This document shows positions 24,880 through 36,753 of a stretch of DNA of 64,000 nt, in pieces. The notes below the pieces were generated by a model. It was not told where the DNA came from and did not search any database. It worked only from the letters and a program-made list of their open reading frames with translations. Location: contig CM097887.1 of assembly GCA_044892525.1 (NCBI GenBank), forward strand, positions 47,616,001 to 47,680,000. Reading direction: 5' to 3'. The stretch comes from Schmidtea polychroa. Its lineage: Eukaryota. Position numbers and translations under genes: made by a program. Each line of letters begins with the position of its first letter. Within the stretch, counting starts at the first letter, position 1.

Positions 24880-27755
24880 GGCATTTGAAAAGATATATGC
24901 CTTGATTGCATGTTGTGACCATCATGTCGACTCCTTCTCAACATTATTACCGAAGATAAGGGTATCAGGAAGGGGACGTTTGACAATTTCGCTTTCAGAG
25001 AAGGTAGCCTCAAATTCTTGCGACTCAAGAATTGGGCGCAAGTTGTTCACATTTTCAGGGAGGCTATCCTGTATCTGGGAGATCACAAGCGGAGTGGGGA
25101 TATTGCCTGGATACACATAAGGTTCTGGGTGATATTCGAGGATATGTTGTCGAACAAGGTGATGGGAGATCCATGATCCACAGAAGCAGTATATTTCCTC
25201 GTCAGAGTAAAAGATAAGTTTTTTATGTTTGACCTTTATGTGGTTAATAATGGTCATAAGGGGGGTGTCGATGTCAAAGATGGTTTTACATTTATTGCGA
25301 TTTTTACTATAGTTGAAGCATATGAGGTTATTGGAGGGTGAAATCCGGATTTCAGCGCGGCTCATATATTCCAGGTCGCATTGGTCTATGTGTTGAAAGT
25401 GGATGATGTGATTATAAATTTGTTTGAAAGTTATTGGATTTGGTGCAAATTTATTCTCACCAGGAGTTCTACATTGAATGCAATCGATAAGTGTATTTTC
25501 GTCAATTTTTAATCTATGAAAGTCCCACGCATGCTTAAAGATTTTTTTGCGATTATGGACAGAAACAGGACTGCAAAGTGTTGTCCTGCATTTGGACCTG
25601 CATTAAATTTTGCCCCTACTATTAAGTTTGAGAAGTATTTTGTTATCAAGTTCACTCTCATCTGCTGTTTTTGGGACGAAGGTATTGCGTGTGTGTTTGG
25701 CCAATGTTATGGGTGTGAGGTAATTAGGAGATGGGGCAGGGATATTATTCGCAATCACTTGTATTTTTTTATTAAATACTTCCATTTGTGATTGTATTCT
25801 TAATGCCTCTTGGATTTCGTTGCATTCAGATTCAGAAGGAGTAGGTGCGGTGACTTTAGGTGTACTGCTAAGCTCAGTAGCGTTGGTAGTTTTAGATTGA
25901 ATAAATTCAGGCGTATTATGAAGAGAGGCAGTTGTCATAGGGTGTAGGTCAGTGTTGTTGTTGGAAGAGGAGGAGGCTGTGGGTTGGAGAGGTGGTTCTT
26001 GGTCGATGGAGGCTACACTGCTGCTCGATAGATTCACATCATCTATGTCCGAGTTAAAAAGATCATTATTTGGCTGGGGATTTACAAGAGATTGAGAAGG
26101 GTTGTGAGGAGTTTGAGAATTAGACTCATCCATTGGAAGGGGGTCAATGGTGTCATAAAGGTCACAGCTGTAGTGTGAAGTGTCAAGAATGTATTCAGAG
26201 CAAGAGGAGGACGAGGGGTTAGGCGAGAGTTCAGAGTCATTGTCAATAGTATCATTTAGTGGAGAGCGTTTAACATGAGGAAGGGCAATGAGGGAATCAT
26301 CAGTATTATTCTCATAATTATTAATTTTATTTTTATTTTTATAAATAGAGTAGAGGGTTGTGTATTTACCCTTACGTATGATTTTTTAACAAAACAAGAT
26401 TTTATTACTTTACTATTGTTATCGTTAAAAGTTGGAGGAAGGTTTTTAAGATCCTTGGGCTTATGGATGAAGTCATTGGGAATAGGCTCAGAATAATGAC
26501 GTTTCATTGAAGTTCCAAGGTTGTTATTTGAAAGATTTTGAGGTATAGTGGGGGTATTTGAAGAGTTAGCTAAGTAATTGGGCTTATTCACAGAAGTAAG
26601 AAAGGTATCAGTAGCTTGTGAATTTGAGGTTTGTTTTCCGGCTGAATGTTCTAAGGTAGGTGAAAGACTAACAGGATTTCCGTTGAAGGTGACTGTCTTT
26701 GAAGAGGCGAGTCGGCCGTAGTGATTAAATGAATGATATTTAAACAAAGATTTATTTTTGTTTAATATGGATAATTTATTTATGTTAATAAAATTAGAAA
26801 TATTAATAAAGATAATGTTAATTAACTCGTTAGGAAGTCTTTCTGTAGAGTTTTGATTTTTATTATAATCGGTAATTATTTTTTTAATAACATATTTAAT
26901 TTTATTCTTAAAAAATTTATCATAATTATAATTAGTTTGGTCATTATTTAATTCACAATTATCATTTTTATCCTTTAGATTATAATTATCACAATTTAAA
27001 TTTTCATCATTTAAATTGTAAGTATATTTAGAATTAGATTTAATTAAATTACAATTATTACAATTTAATTTTAATTCATAGTTTTTAAAATTTAAATTAT
27101 GGTTATCAAAAATTACTTTACAATTTTTACTATTTAAATTGCAATTACAATTATTACAGATTAATTTAGCATTCTCATAATTAAAGTTAAAATTACTGTT
27201 ATCTAATTCGTGAATAGAATTTTTTTGATTATAATCATTATAGAAATTTTGATTATAATTACCTTTATTTTTATTTAGGATGTGAATCCTACGAGCAGGG
27301 CAAAAGGCTTTCCAGGAAGTATCTCTGGTCGGGTCCGAGGATGCATTCTCTGGAGCAATAATATCATAAATAGGGGGAGAGATTCCGTATTTCTTCAGGA
27401 TCTTCCTGGCAGGACAGAATCTGCTAGCCATCATCTCACAATCGTCTGGTTTCCTGGGCGCATCAAGATTCGGTACATCAGGGCAGGAGGCATAAGGTGA
27501 TTCAAGGAATCGGATTTCATCATTTCTAGGAGGAAGATTAGGAAATGTTGAAAATAATTTATCCTTAATGCAATTTCCCGGATTGGAGCTTCTTCCATTT
27601 CTGTTTGAAGGAGCTTTATCGGATCTAGAAAGGAGATTAGACTGTGTTAAAAATAATTTATTCTTATTGATATCTCCAGGATTGGAGCTTCTTCCATCAA
27701 TAAGCGTATCGTCATGTTCTGAGTCCTGATATATAGCAGTAGTTCTGCTAAGCAC
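24880..27755 (-). pseudogene. Disrupted N-terminal part of the same ORF (about 4 C2H2 fingers; 2 in-frame stops, 1 frameshift)
   Basis: 26133-25603, 25365-24922 and 24879-21655 share one frame, separated by TAA (25603-5) and TGA (24922-4). Read-through gives CRSKC..HAWDFH, CIQC..HIIHFQH, C..C..HIKVKH and CFC..HILEYH. Frameshift near 26335. Confidence 0.75.
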
Positions 27756-28668
27756 TGGGTAACGGCGGGTAATAAGTATTTGAAAAGATTAACACGCCGG
27801 GTGAGGGGTTTCACAAATGACAAAGCACCTCATACCAATACCAACTGATTTAATCGCGATTGACTTTTCAAACATGTAGGAAATCATCACATACACACAC
27901 CTGAGGATAAGCCAATGGCATTCCCACGCAAATTAGTCAATGAAAAAATAATTTTGCTACATACCACAATTGTTATCAATATCACTTAGCGTGGAATTAT
28001 TCTAACTGTTCCGTATGATCTTACACCTACTCATGGATGTTAGATAGCAGAATTGTCAAAATTATTTAGCAATAATTTCGGGTTGGTAAAAATATTCCGT
28101 TTTATCTAATGTATTATCTGCCAATTACCATCATAGCTTTTTGGTCAATAATTGAATTTGATATACGCGACAGTTTCTTAACAGTTTTCCTTGACGGGTT
28201 TTAATGCAGCTAACGGATTTAATAGTTATATTTATCCAATTTTCATAGGTTTGATAACTTCCCGAGATACAAGTGGGCCAGATTTGCTAATTCAACAATA
28301 CGATTTTTTTCTTAATTGATAAATTTTAAATGCATGTGTAGTTTTATATGAATAATTGCGAAGATTTCCACTATATGTAAGTATATGTAAAGTTCTTTTT
28401 CGGTAATTGATTGCCATAACTATAGGCGCGATATCATAAGGTTACCGTCCACATTTCTTTTTGTAAATGCGATAAGGTAGTAAAAGTCGATCGTCTGGGG
28501 GGAATTTCTCTTTTCAGCCCGATATAGTTTTCTTTTCTTGTTTGAAATAGTGTAGATGAATAGCATGAGCCTCGAAACTATTAATAACGGTTTGTCTTGA
28601 GAATAACGATATTGTAAACATAGTGATTTATGATGATTATCTTCGTCTCTTTTTTACAGTCTTCAAAA

Positions 28669-29418
28669 ATGATCCCAGTTACCAAAACTACCATCAAGCC
28701 TTGTTTCTCCTGCGCGGATAAAAACGCGATTATTAAAGAACTACAGGCGCAGATCGGACGATATAAGAGAAAAATCGACGAGTTGGAAGGCACATGGTTC
28801 AGCCCAGTGCAAATGAAAGAAGTCAAAAAGAAGCTGTATCGAAGCGAGCACTGCCGCGATAGCCTGATCGCCGAAAGCAGGTCGCAGCGCAGTCTTATCA
28901 AAGAACAATCGGAGGCCTTCCATAAGGTCTACCTCCAAGCGGCTACGACTCGGAAAATATTCAGTATTCCGATCCACGAGGAGGATAATGTCTTTCCGAC
29001 TCATCACGATCAATCTCTTGATCAGTCATATTCGTCAAGGAAATCATGTCAAGGGTGTGTAGAGACGGATCTCTCGCCCAAGCCTGCCGACGTGATCTTT
29101 ACCGGCACCAGTAAGTCGATTCCACCCATAGCTTCCACTTCTACAGCACCTCCTACCACCGATATATCTTCTAAGCCCAAACGACGACAATTATCTCGGG
29201 CTGAAAGAAAACGAAAACAGCGCGAGCGGATCGAAGAGAAAGAAAAGAAGCAGGCATCGATTAATTCATCCGCAGAAAACAGCGTTGTCCCTACCATCGA
29301 TCTAACTACTGGGACCCCAGGGCGCATCATCTCAGCCGCAGGCGTCACTTGGGAGGAAAACGCCCCTGAATTCTTTGATCTGGGGGAACTGTTGGCCGAA
29401 ACCGAGTGGGAGAAATAA
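28669..29418 (+). CDS. LTR-encoded ~249-aa protein (CxxC, coiled coil with EGTWFSP, basic NLS-like segment, acidic-aromatic C-terminus)
   Basis: Collinear along its whole length with 39174-39923; acceptor TTTTTACAG (28651-28659) before the ATG at 28669; AATAAA near 29528. Confidence 0.85.
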   Translation: MIPVTKTTIKPCFSCADKNAIIKELQAQIGRYKRKIDELEGTWFSPVQMKEVKKKLYRSEHCRDSLIAESRSQRSLIKEQSEAFHKVYLQAATTRKIFSIPIHEEDNVFPTHHDQSLDQSYSSRKSCQGCVETDLSPKPADVIFTGTSKSIPPIASTSTAPPTTDISSKPKRRQLSRAERKRKQRERIEEKEKKQASINSSAENSVVPTIDLTTGTPGRIISAAGVTWEENAPEFFDLGELLAETEWEK

Positions 29419-30486
29419 AATAAATTAACAGGCCACAGCTCCCTCCATGAATTTTCTCGACATTGGATGTGATCCATGATGTTTTTATCTATAATTTCTG
29501 TATTATCCTTTTGTAAATTCACCATTTAATAAATCGGTTTTGAGTAGATTCTTTGCGTTGTGCTTTGGTATGATTTTTCTTTTCTACATAAATGGTTGAT
29601 AAAGATCTCTGATAGTATGTGATGTGCTAGGACTTGTAACAAACTCAGAAGTGGTGTAGTGTCAAGTAGCGATAACGTAAGTAGACGTAAGCCCTTCTAT
29701 CGGCAGTCAAGGAAAGGAAGTCGAGGCCTCAGAAAGGAGTAGTCCTAAGGCAGGGGTTCACCTGCTTTCTGGCGTCTCGTCGGCATAATACAGGACCAAC
29801 ATGAAGTAATTCATGGGTATTATGTTGGAATACAGATTGTGTGGAGTCCTACTCCGGGTTGACAAAATTGTAGGCTATGTAAATGTAAGGGGCAATCATC
29901 CTCTAGACGAGACATCAAAATTGTTTAAGTCAACCGAGTAGCGCCCCAGCACTGCTTATTTTATATAAAAGATCTACATTTCCTTCATTTAAAAGAAAAA
30001 AACATCATAATGATGGATTCTGATAATTCAAGAATCTCGTTATAAGTTTGGAAAAATTCGTTAAAAGTTTCATTTAGTTCCATATTTGTCATTTCATGAT
30101 TTACAGAAATTAAATTCTTATTTTCTAAACCTCTAAATAAGATAATAGACCATTTATTAACACAATTGGGTGGAGAGGAGATGGCAGTGATGCAAGGTAC
30201 AATAAACTACCTACTAAAATACATTAAAATATTTTCAAAAACTTTATACAAATAAAAAAGATTGTCTCTCTTCCAGTTGTTAAAACTAATCTAAAGGGCT
30301 GAATAATTCTAATTACTTAATAAAACTTTCAAACAAAATACTCGAAATTATAAAAAAAATATTATTTAATATTTACAAAATTTAAACAAAAGACAAGAAA
30401 TTTCAAGAATAATTAGAATATAAAATCAAGTTGAAAATCTTTACATTCATTATCCAATTCATTAGATTTACATTTTGTTTGAATAG

Positions 30487-31794
30487 ATGAATAATATGGA
30501 AGATAATGAATGTTTTATATGTCGTATTTCAATGAAGAATATAGCGAAGGTAATATTTGAAAGTTGTAGACATGCGTTTTGTATCTGTTGCGCGAAGAGA
30601 TGTCTTTTCAGGAGTGAAACTTGTCCATGTGATCGTGGCTCAACAAGATCGTTGCAAATTATTAATGGAAGTAATGTAAATATCATAGATAATCAAGATT
30701 TTTATGAATTTATTTATATTTCAAAATTTCTAATTGACATTAATTCAATTTTTCAAATTTTATCAAAACGATTGGAAATCAACGATATAATCTCTGTAAA
30801 TCTTGAAATGACAGAAGAAGAACTCCAAGATATTTTTATGAAATTTCCCGAAAAATTAAAAAATATTCGTGAATTATCTGAAACCATTTATGACATGTTT
30901 GTATTTTTGGAGGTTGATGTAAACTTCTTTTGTAACATTAGTAGCGATAAAAAGATAAACTTGCTTGCTTATGAGTATGATATTCTATTCAACAATTTAA
31001 TATTTTCCTTAAATATGCATGAACAATTGGTCGAGAATGTAAATTGGAGAATTAAATGTTATCGAGGGCAACTAAATCGAATCCCATCAATAAATATTCT
31101 AAAGTTTTTGTCCAAAAGATATCGTTTCTTTCATGAACAATTGGAGTATTCAACAAATATGTTTCAATGGTTCCTCAAACGTATTTCGATTTATTTCAGC
31201 GGCTTGATTAAGGAGAAAATGGGAGATATTTTCAATAATGAATTAGATGGATTGGATCTTATCTCAACAGAGATTCCCATTAACAATATTCAAATGAAGA
31301 ACAAGATAATGGAGCTTGAATCCCTGGTATTTGAAGACACAGATGTCGATCTTGATCGCTTTATAGTTGATGAAGAATTGGAACATATGATTTTTTATTT
31401 AAAATTTTTGTTGGATATGGAAAATTCTATTTTGAAAATTAACAATGGGAAAATGAAAAGATATTCAGTTTACCTAAAGTCTGTTGTCCGGTTTAGTGTT
31501 TCCGATAATTGCAATGAATTGGTGTATCATTATCATACCATACGGCGTCATATTATTGGAAATTACGGACCCAGCTGGGATGCTTCGATTTGCGTTATGA
31601 AAGATTTAATTAAAAATTTCATTGAACTTATACGTGACTATATTAGTGAGGAAACTAAGAAAGAAATTAAATTTAAATTCAAAATAAATCTAAATATTAT
31701 TGAAGCAAGTATTGAACGCTTTCCAATCAATGAAAAGGTTCTGACTATTAAAGGTTTATTGGAAAGTATTTATTCTTGTTTGAAAGATTTATGA
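30487..31794 (+). CDS. Intronless RING-finger protein, 435 aa, with unknown helical C-terminal domain (paralogue 1)
   Basis: CFIC...CRHAFCICC...CPCDR; blocks shared with 35488-36753 (QLExSTN, LISTxIPIxNIQM, LESLxFEDxDV). Confidence 0.8.
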   Translation: MNNMEDNECFICRISMKNIAKVIFESCRHAFCICCAKRCLFRSETCPCDRGSTRSLQIINGSNVNIIDNQDFYEFIYISKFLIDINSIFQILSKRLEINDIISVNLEMTEEELQDIFMKFPEKLKNIRELSETIYDMFVFLEVDVNFFCNISSDKKINLLAYEYDILFNNLIFSLNMHEQLVENVNWRIKCYRGQLNRIPSINILKFLSKRYRFFHEQLEYSTNMFQWFLKRISIYFSGLIKEKMGDIFNNELDGLDLISTEIPINNIQMKNKIMELESLVFEDTDVDLDRFIVDEELEHMIFYLKFLLDMENSILKINNGKMKRYSVYLKSVVRFSVSDNCNELVYHYHTIRRHIIGNYGPSWDASICVMKDLIKNFIELIRDYISEETKKEIKFKFKINLNIIEASIERFPINEKVLTIKGLLESIYSCLKDL

Positions 31795-32459
31795 CAATTT
31801 TGAAATAAGGATTATTATTATTATTATTATTGAAATGTTAATATAAATATATATCCATTGTCTTTGTTTATTCAAAATCTTTGTATATTTATGATTATGT
31901 ACATACATCACTGCCTATCCTGAAATAATTTTGCCTTTCAACATTCAAAATCATCTTTACAGAAAGATATCAGGACTGCTAAATAACAAACAGAATTATT
32001 ACTAAGACATTTTTCAATATAGTTCCCTAACGTACGGTGCTTCTTAGACCTTAATAGAACATTTTAAAAGGGTTAAATCATTTTGAATTTAAAAATAGAG
32101 GTAGGGCTGCTGAATACAATAGTTTATGATGAGAATTTCAATGGGTTAAAATATTCAAATTTGTTATTATTTTCATAGAATATTCGTACTAATGCAGCCA
32201 AAAGTAGGGATTGAGCCGTTACGCTATAGTTGGGAAAAGGAGATTGATTTTTTAACATTAATGAATGATGAATAATGAATAGACTTAGCGGTAGGCGAGG
32301 CCTGCAACACTTTAGTGAGGGGATGTTTTACGATGGCTACTGGTTTTGAGACGCAATAAAGATGGATTTATATTAATTCAATGATGAGTAAAGCCTGACT
32401 AAAAATAAAAAATGGATTGATTACCACGCATACCATATGTAATTGGGTTTGGTTATTCT

Positions 32460-32690
32460 TTGTTAAAAGACATCGTAAGAATCGAATTTTTATGGGTCTC
32501 TAACTTCCGGATTCATTTATTACCTTTATTACGCATCATTTTTGGATGTTCTACATTTTATTCTAATCCTTCTAACCATATATTTCGGAGTATCATTTTC
32601 CTCAACATAAACGGTTCGATAACTTTCAAAGGGTCAAATATTCTAGCCATTACATTTGATACCTTTCGTTTCATCAAGGTATATTCTACG
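32460..32690 (-). pseudogene. BEL/Pao pol fragment
   Basis: Translates to KRKVSNVMARIFDPLKVIEPFML..MILRNIWLEGLE, matching the Pao ARIFDPLG..P....K..LQ.LW motif. Confidence 0.55.
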
Positions 32691-32739
32691 GTATATTCAA
32701 GGTATATTCTATTCTATGAATTTGCATTTCATTGAGTCT

Positions 32740-33520
32740 ATTTTCAATCCTGTTATTTGAATTCTGTTAATTATTTCGTCTAGTAGCTCATCATGCTCTT
32801 TTTCACTTTGCCCTTAAATCATAATATCATAGACCAAACGGTAGTCTATTGAAGCACAATCGTCCTTCTCTTGCATAAAATGCAGTCATTTCTTGAATAT
32901 CTGTGTCTAGTTCTACTTGTTATTCTGCCTGACCTAAATCGATTAACGTAAATATTCTTGCGTTTGTGAAACAGTACAGTGAAAACTTTGTATTAGATAT
33001 CGGATATGATTCCTATTCCTTAGATTCACGATACTCTACACATATTCTGATGAATCCATATTTCTTCCTTATTATACTAACGGATAATTCAAAGGACTCT
33101 TACAATGCCGATAAAGTTTACTTATAATAATTCTTTTATCAGATCTACAATTCTTTACTCCGTGTACATTGCTTAGGGCTGTAGGTGTTGTATTATTATT
33201 AAACTCCAGATCAAATTTCGACACCACTAAAATTTCGCCGTATTTTCTGATAACTTCTTTATTGTTTTCATTCTTTATTCGTGTCATCGTGATTAATGCT
33301 TTGTAAATTCTTTCTTTGCCAGTGTGGATTTTGTTTATAAATGTTTATAAAAGTTTCTCTATTATTGATCTTCATTAACTTTATTCAAACCCTTTCCTTG
33401 TATCAATACCGCCTATGAATTCGGGCTTCATCTGCTTTACAACTCTTACTCCAATAATTATGGTCTTGTGGTTCCACTTGTCTGGTGTAGTCAGACATTT
33501 CATTGATTTAAACCTCCATA
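32740..33520 (-). pseudogene. Old Gypsy RT fragment
   Basis: IIRKKYGFIRICVEYRE..ESYPI...ARIFTLIDLGQAE*QVELD...TAF...FNRLPFGL*, then EHDELLDEIINRIQITGLKIDSMKCKF; several stops and the YxDD region deleted. Confidence 0.75.
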
Positions 33521-33898
33521 TAAAAACATTTCGCATAATAATATAGCACTACTTTGAAGACCTGGTTTACCAGTTTCCTACCATAAAAACCCCCAGCTAA
33601 CGTTCCCCCCACACAAGGAATTTTTCTAGTTAACGAAGAAAGATTTTTTAAGAAAATCTTCAACTAAAAATGATAAAAAAGGCATGAAAAAGTTATTATA
33701 AACATCAATTTAAATTACATTACATAGTGTTTTAATCTTTTGCCTGTAATATTTGAGTTTAGGTTTGTATTGTTATTAATTTAGATCAATTCAGGATATT
33801 TTAATTTTTTCGTGTTCTCTCCACACAACGAATAATTCCTATTTTGTAAAAATCTATTAGAAATTATTAGTATCTAAAAATTTACCTCCAGTTAACGA

Positions 33899-35003
33899 AT
33901 GAATTCTAGAAGAAAAAGACAATCAATTGACGTCGAGAAAAAAATTCAAATAATCGATTCCTATAAGAAAGGTAATAAAAAAGCCACCATTATAACTGAT
34001 CACGGTATATCAGGATCAACTTTAAGTGGCATTTTAAAAACAACTAATGAGGAAAATATTTTTATACGGATGTCTAACATTAAAATAATATAAACATTAC
34101 AAGCTTTGTGATACCCAGTGCAAATCCCAATAGTAGACTAGTTTCGAGCTTTTGGTTCTCATCAGTACTATGCAGGAGACGCGAAGAAAACGACACAATA
34201 TGTCATCAAGAAAAATAGTTGGAGAAAGCTCCAATGCAGACAGAAATTCGGCCAAAGAGTTTTCTAGGAATGTTGGAGCCAAGCTGGAAGAACATGAACC
34301 CAAAAACATATTCAATTTTGACGAATCCAGGTTGTTTTGGAAACTTTTTCCTGATAGAACCTTTGCAGCACATGATTTTAAAATTGAAGGTACTAAAAAA
34401 GCTAAAAATAGGGTTAACATATTATTGGGTGTCAGTGAAACTGGATCCACTTGTGATAGGCAATAGTAAATTTCCAAGGGGATTTAAAAATGTCAAGGTT
34501 GAGTCTCTTGGAGTTTTTATATGATTATAATGCTTCAGCTTGGATGACAAGAGAGATATTTAAAAAATATTTTGAAAAGTTAAATAGTCAATTTATTACA
34601 CAGAACCGTAAAATTTTGGCTATTCTTGATAATTGTAGTTTCAATGCTGTTCCTGACTATTCTAATATTAAATTTATGTTTTTGCCTCCAAATACTTCAT
34701 CACTAATCCAGCCGCTAGATCAAGGAATTATCTACAATTTCAAGTTGAAATATCGACAAAGTTTTTTAAATTCCATTTTCCTTTAGTACCTGACACTTTA
34801 CAAGCGAATATTTCCAATTTCAATATGTTAAACGCAATTCAACATGTAATAACTGCTTGGAACCAAGTAAAAGAATCTACTATAATCCATTGTTTAAAAA
34901 AATGTATTCATATCATTTAAGTCAGACAGAACCAATACCTGATTCAAGTTTTAAAGCTGAAGAAACAAGTGTAATAACTATACTTAACAATATGGCACAA
35001 GAT

Positions 35004-35095
<92 letters not shown>

Positions 35096-35403
35096 AAAAC
35101 AATATATTGAATCCGATTCTAAATTTAGGTTTGTTGTATTAGGAACACACGAAATAGGAGATCGTGCGCTTCAAAAAGCAAACGAACCAATTCAGCCTGT
35201 TGAATCCGAAAGAATATCTGAACTAAAAGAACTTAAAAAGAAAATAATTTATATTAAAGAAAACTTATATTCTCTTGCGCTTGCTTAGTGTTCGAGTTGG
35301 AAAATCTATTTAAAGATGAAATTAATAAATAAATTTGCCCCCCCCCCCGTATAACGAGTTTTCATCGGTCCCGACAGTTTCGTTATAGGGGGGTTTCACT
35401 GTA
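33899..35403 (+). mobile_element. Decayed pogo/Tigger transposon (CENP-B HTH plus DDE fragments, right TIR)
   Basis: KRQSIDVEKKIQII...STLSGILK; IFNFDESRLFW; AWMT...ILDNC...FLPPNTSSLIQPLDQGII; right end TTTCGTTATAGGGGGGTTTCACTGTA at 35378-35403. Confidence 0.8.
35009..35090. repeat. (TA)n microsatellite, ~40 units
   Basis: Directly visible. Confidence 0.95.
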
Positions 35404-35487
35404 CATATATATTTAAAATTAAAAGTTTTTAAAAAATTTTAGCAATTATATATATTTTGTTTAAATAAATAAATATTGATTTTAAAT

Positions 35488-36753
35488 ATGGAAAACGATG
35501 AGGAATGCCTGATATGCTTTTCACCAATAAATAATGAAAGAAATGTAATAATTGAAAATTGTCGACATTCATTTTGCATGGATTGCCTAGAGAAATGGCT
35601 TGTAATTAGTTCAACTTGTCCATGTGATCGGATCTCAATAAAATCACTGAAAATTATTGATGGAAATAATGTAAATATCGCAGAAGCTCAAGATTTAGTT
35701 AATTTTAATTGTTGTTCAAAATTTCTAATTAAAATTAATTTGCTTTTCAATATTCTATCGAAAATGTTGGAAGAGAATGTTCCAATTTCTTTCACTCCTG
35801 AAATGACAGATGAGGAACTGATTGCAATCTTTACAGAATTTTGTGAAATTTATCCAGTTTATTTCGAATCTTTGGAATTCTTTTATAATTTAGAAAATGT
35901 TTTGAATTTACAATCACCTGATATCCTTCATCAAATTGATCAAAAAAGAAATTGGGACTTGATAGTTTTCATGTATGAGAAGCTCTTTACCACTGTGGAA
36001 ATGTTAGTAGAATTTAAAATAGACCTTCATAAAAGTTCTTATCGTTATCTGATTTTAAATTCAAACCTAATGAAAAATATTCGAAAATTCTTAAGTAAAA
36101 TTGCAAAATTGCAAGAACAATTAGAGCTTTCAACAAATTTGCTTCGTTGGTTACTGAAAGGACTTTTCATTTATTTTAATAATTTGATGGGAAACAAGTT
36201 AAAAGATGTTTTTCCGATATTATTTACTGAATTAGGAAAATCAAATTTGATCTCAACAAAGATTCCCATTGAGAATATTCAAATGGAAGACACGATACAA
36301 AAACTTGAATCATTGATATTTGAAGATAAGGATGTAAATCCTGACCATTTTTTACTTGATGAGAGCTTGGAAATTATTATCACAACTTTAAAAGTTTTGT
36401 TGGATATTTTGAGAGAACTAAGTTTATCAAATCTTTCCGTTTTTGAAATAATACTTCTCAAAGTTGAACTTTATTATATCGATAATAGATTTTTCCTTCA
36501 TGACAATATAATCGAGGATCACATTTTTACAGCTGAGGTCTATCCCGAATGCTTGATTGAAAGCGTATACCATCTTATAAATAATATTTCTACTTTCATA
36601 ACTAAAAAGGATAAAATGGAACTCGACAAAGGTATTAAAAAGATGTGTAAAGAAATTATTCAACTTCAATGTGAATATATTGAAATCATTGAAAAGGTTC
36701 CGACTATTCAACGTCTGACAGAAGATTTTCTTTTGGTTTTGAAAGAGTTATGA
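35488..36753 (+). CDS. Intronless RING-finger protein, ~421 aa (paralogue 2)
   Basis: CLIC...CRHSFCMDC...W...CPCDR; collinear with 30487-31794. Confidence 0.8.
   Translation: MENDEECLICFSPINNERNVIIENCRHSFCMDCLEKWLVISSTCPCDRISIKSLKIIDGNNVNIAEAQDLVNFNCCSKFLIKINLLFNILSKMLEENVPISFTPEMTDEELIAIFTEFCEIYPVYFESLEFFYNLENVLNLQSPDILHQIDQKRNWDLIVFMYEKLFTTVEMLVEFKIDLHKSSYRYLILNSNLMKNIRKFLSKIAKLQEQLELSTNLLRWLLKGLFIYFNNLMGNKLKDVFPILFTELGKSNLISTKIPIENIQMEDTIQKLESLIFEDKDVNPDHFLLDESLEIIITTLKVLLDILRELSLSNLSVFEIILLKVELYYIDNRFFLHDNIIEDHIFTAEVYPECLIESVYHLINNISTFITKKDKMELDKGIKKMCKEIIQLQCEYIEIIEKVPTIQRLTEDFLLVLKEL

Larger units (their letters stand above)
21400..27950 (-). mobile_element. R2/NeSL-like RLE non-LTR retrotransposon nested in the solo LTR (ends approximate; 3' UTR may extend past the N gap to ~20590)
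   Basis: RT, CCHC knuckle, RHD-like motif and PD..D-x-K endonuclease in one frame; upstream C2H2 fingers. Confidence 0.85.
17851..29951 (+). mobile_element. Solo LTR (family C/D) expanded to 12.1 kb by nested insertions
   Basis: Starts TGTTGGGCTG (17851) and ends CCCCAGCA (29951); 4-bp TSD CTGC at 17847-17850 and 29952-29955. Homologous to 38607-42748 at the 5' end, the 18730-18880 block, the ORF and the 3' end. Confidence 0.85.

Noticed and set aside
27790-27930. Hammerhead or HDV ribozyme at the RLE 5' end
   Set aside because: Only a partial ATGAG...GAAAC resemblance; the CUGA core is missing and I could not build a full fold by eye.
32975-32995. TACAGTGAAA as the left TIR of the Tigger element
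   Set aside because: It lies within the continuous Gypsy RT remnant frame and diverges from the right TIR after 10 nt.
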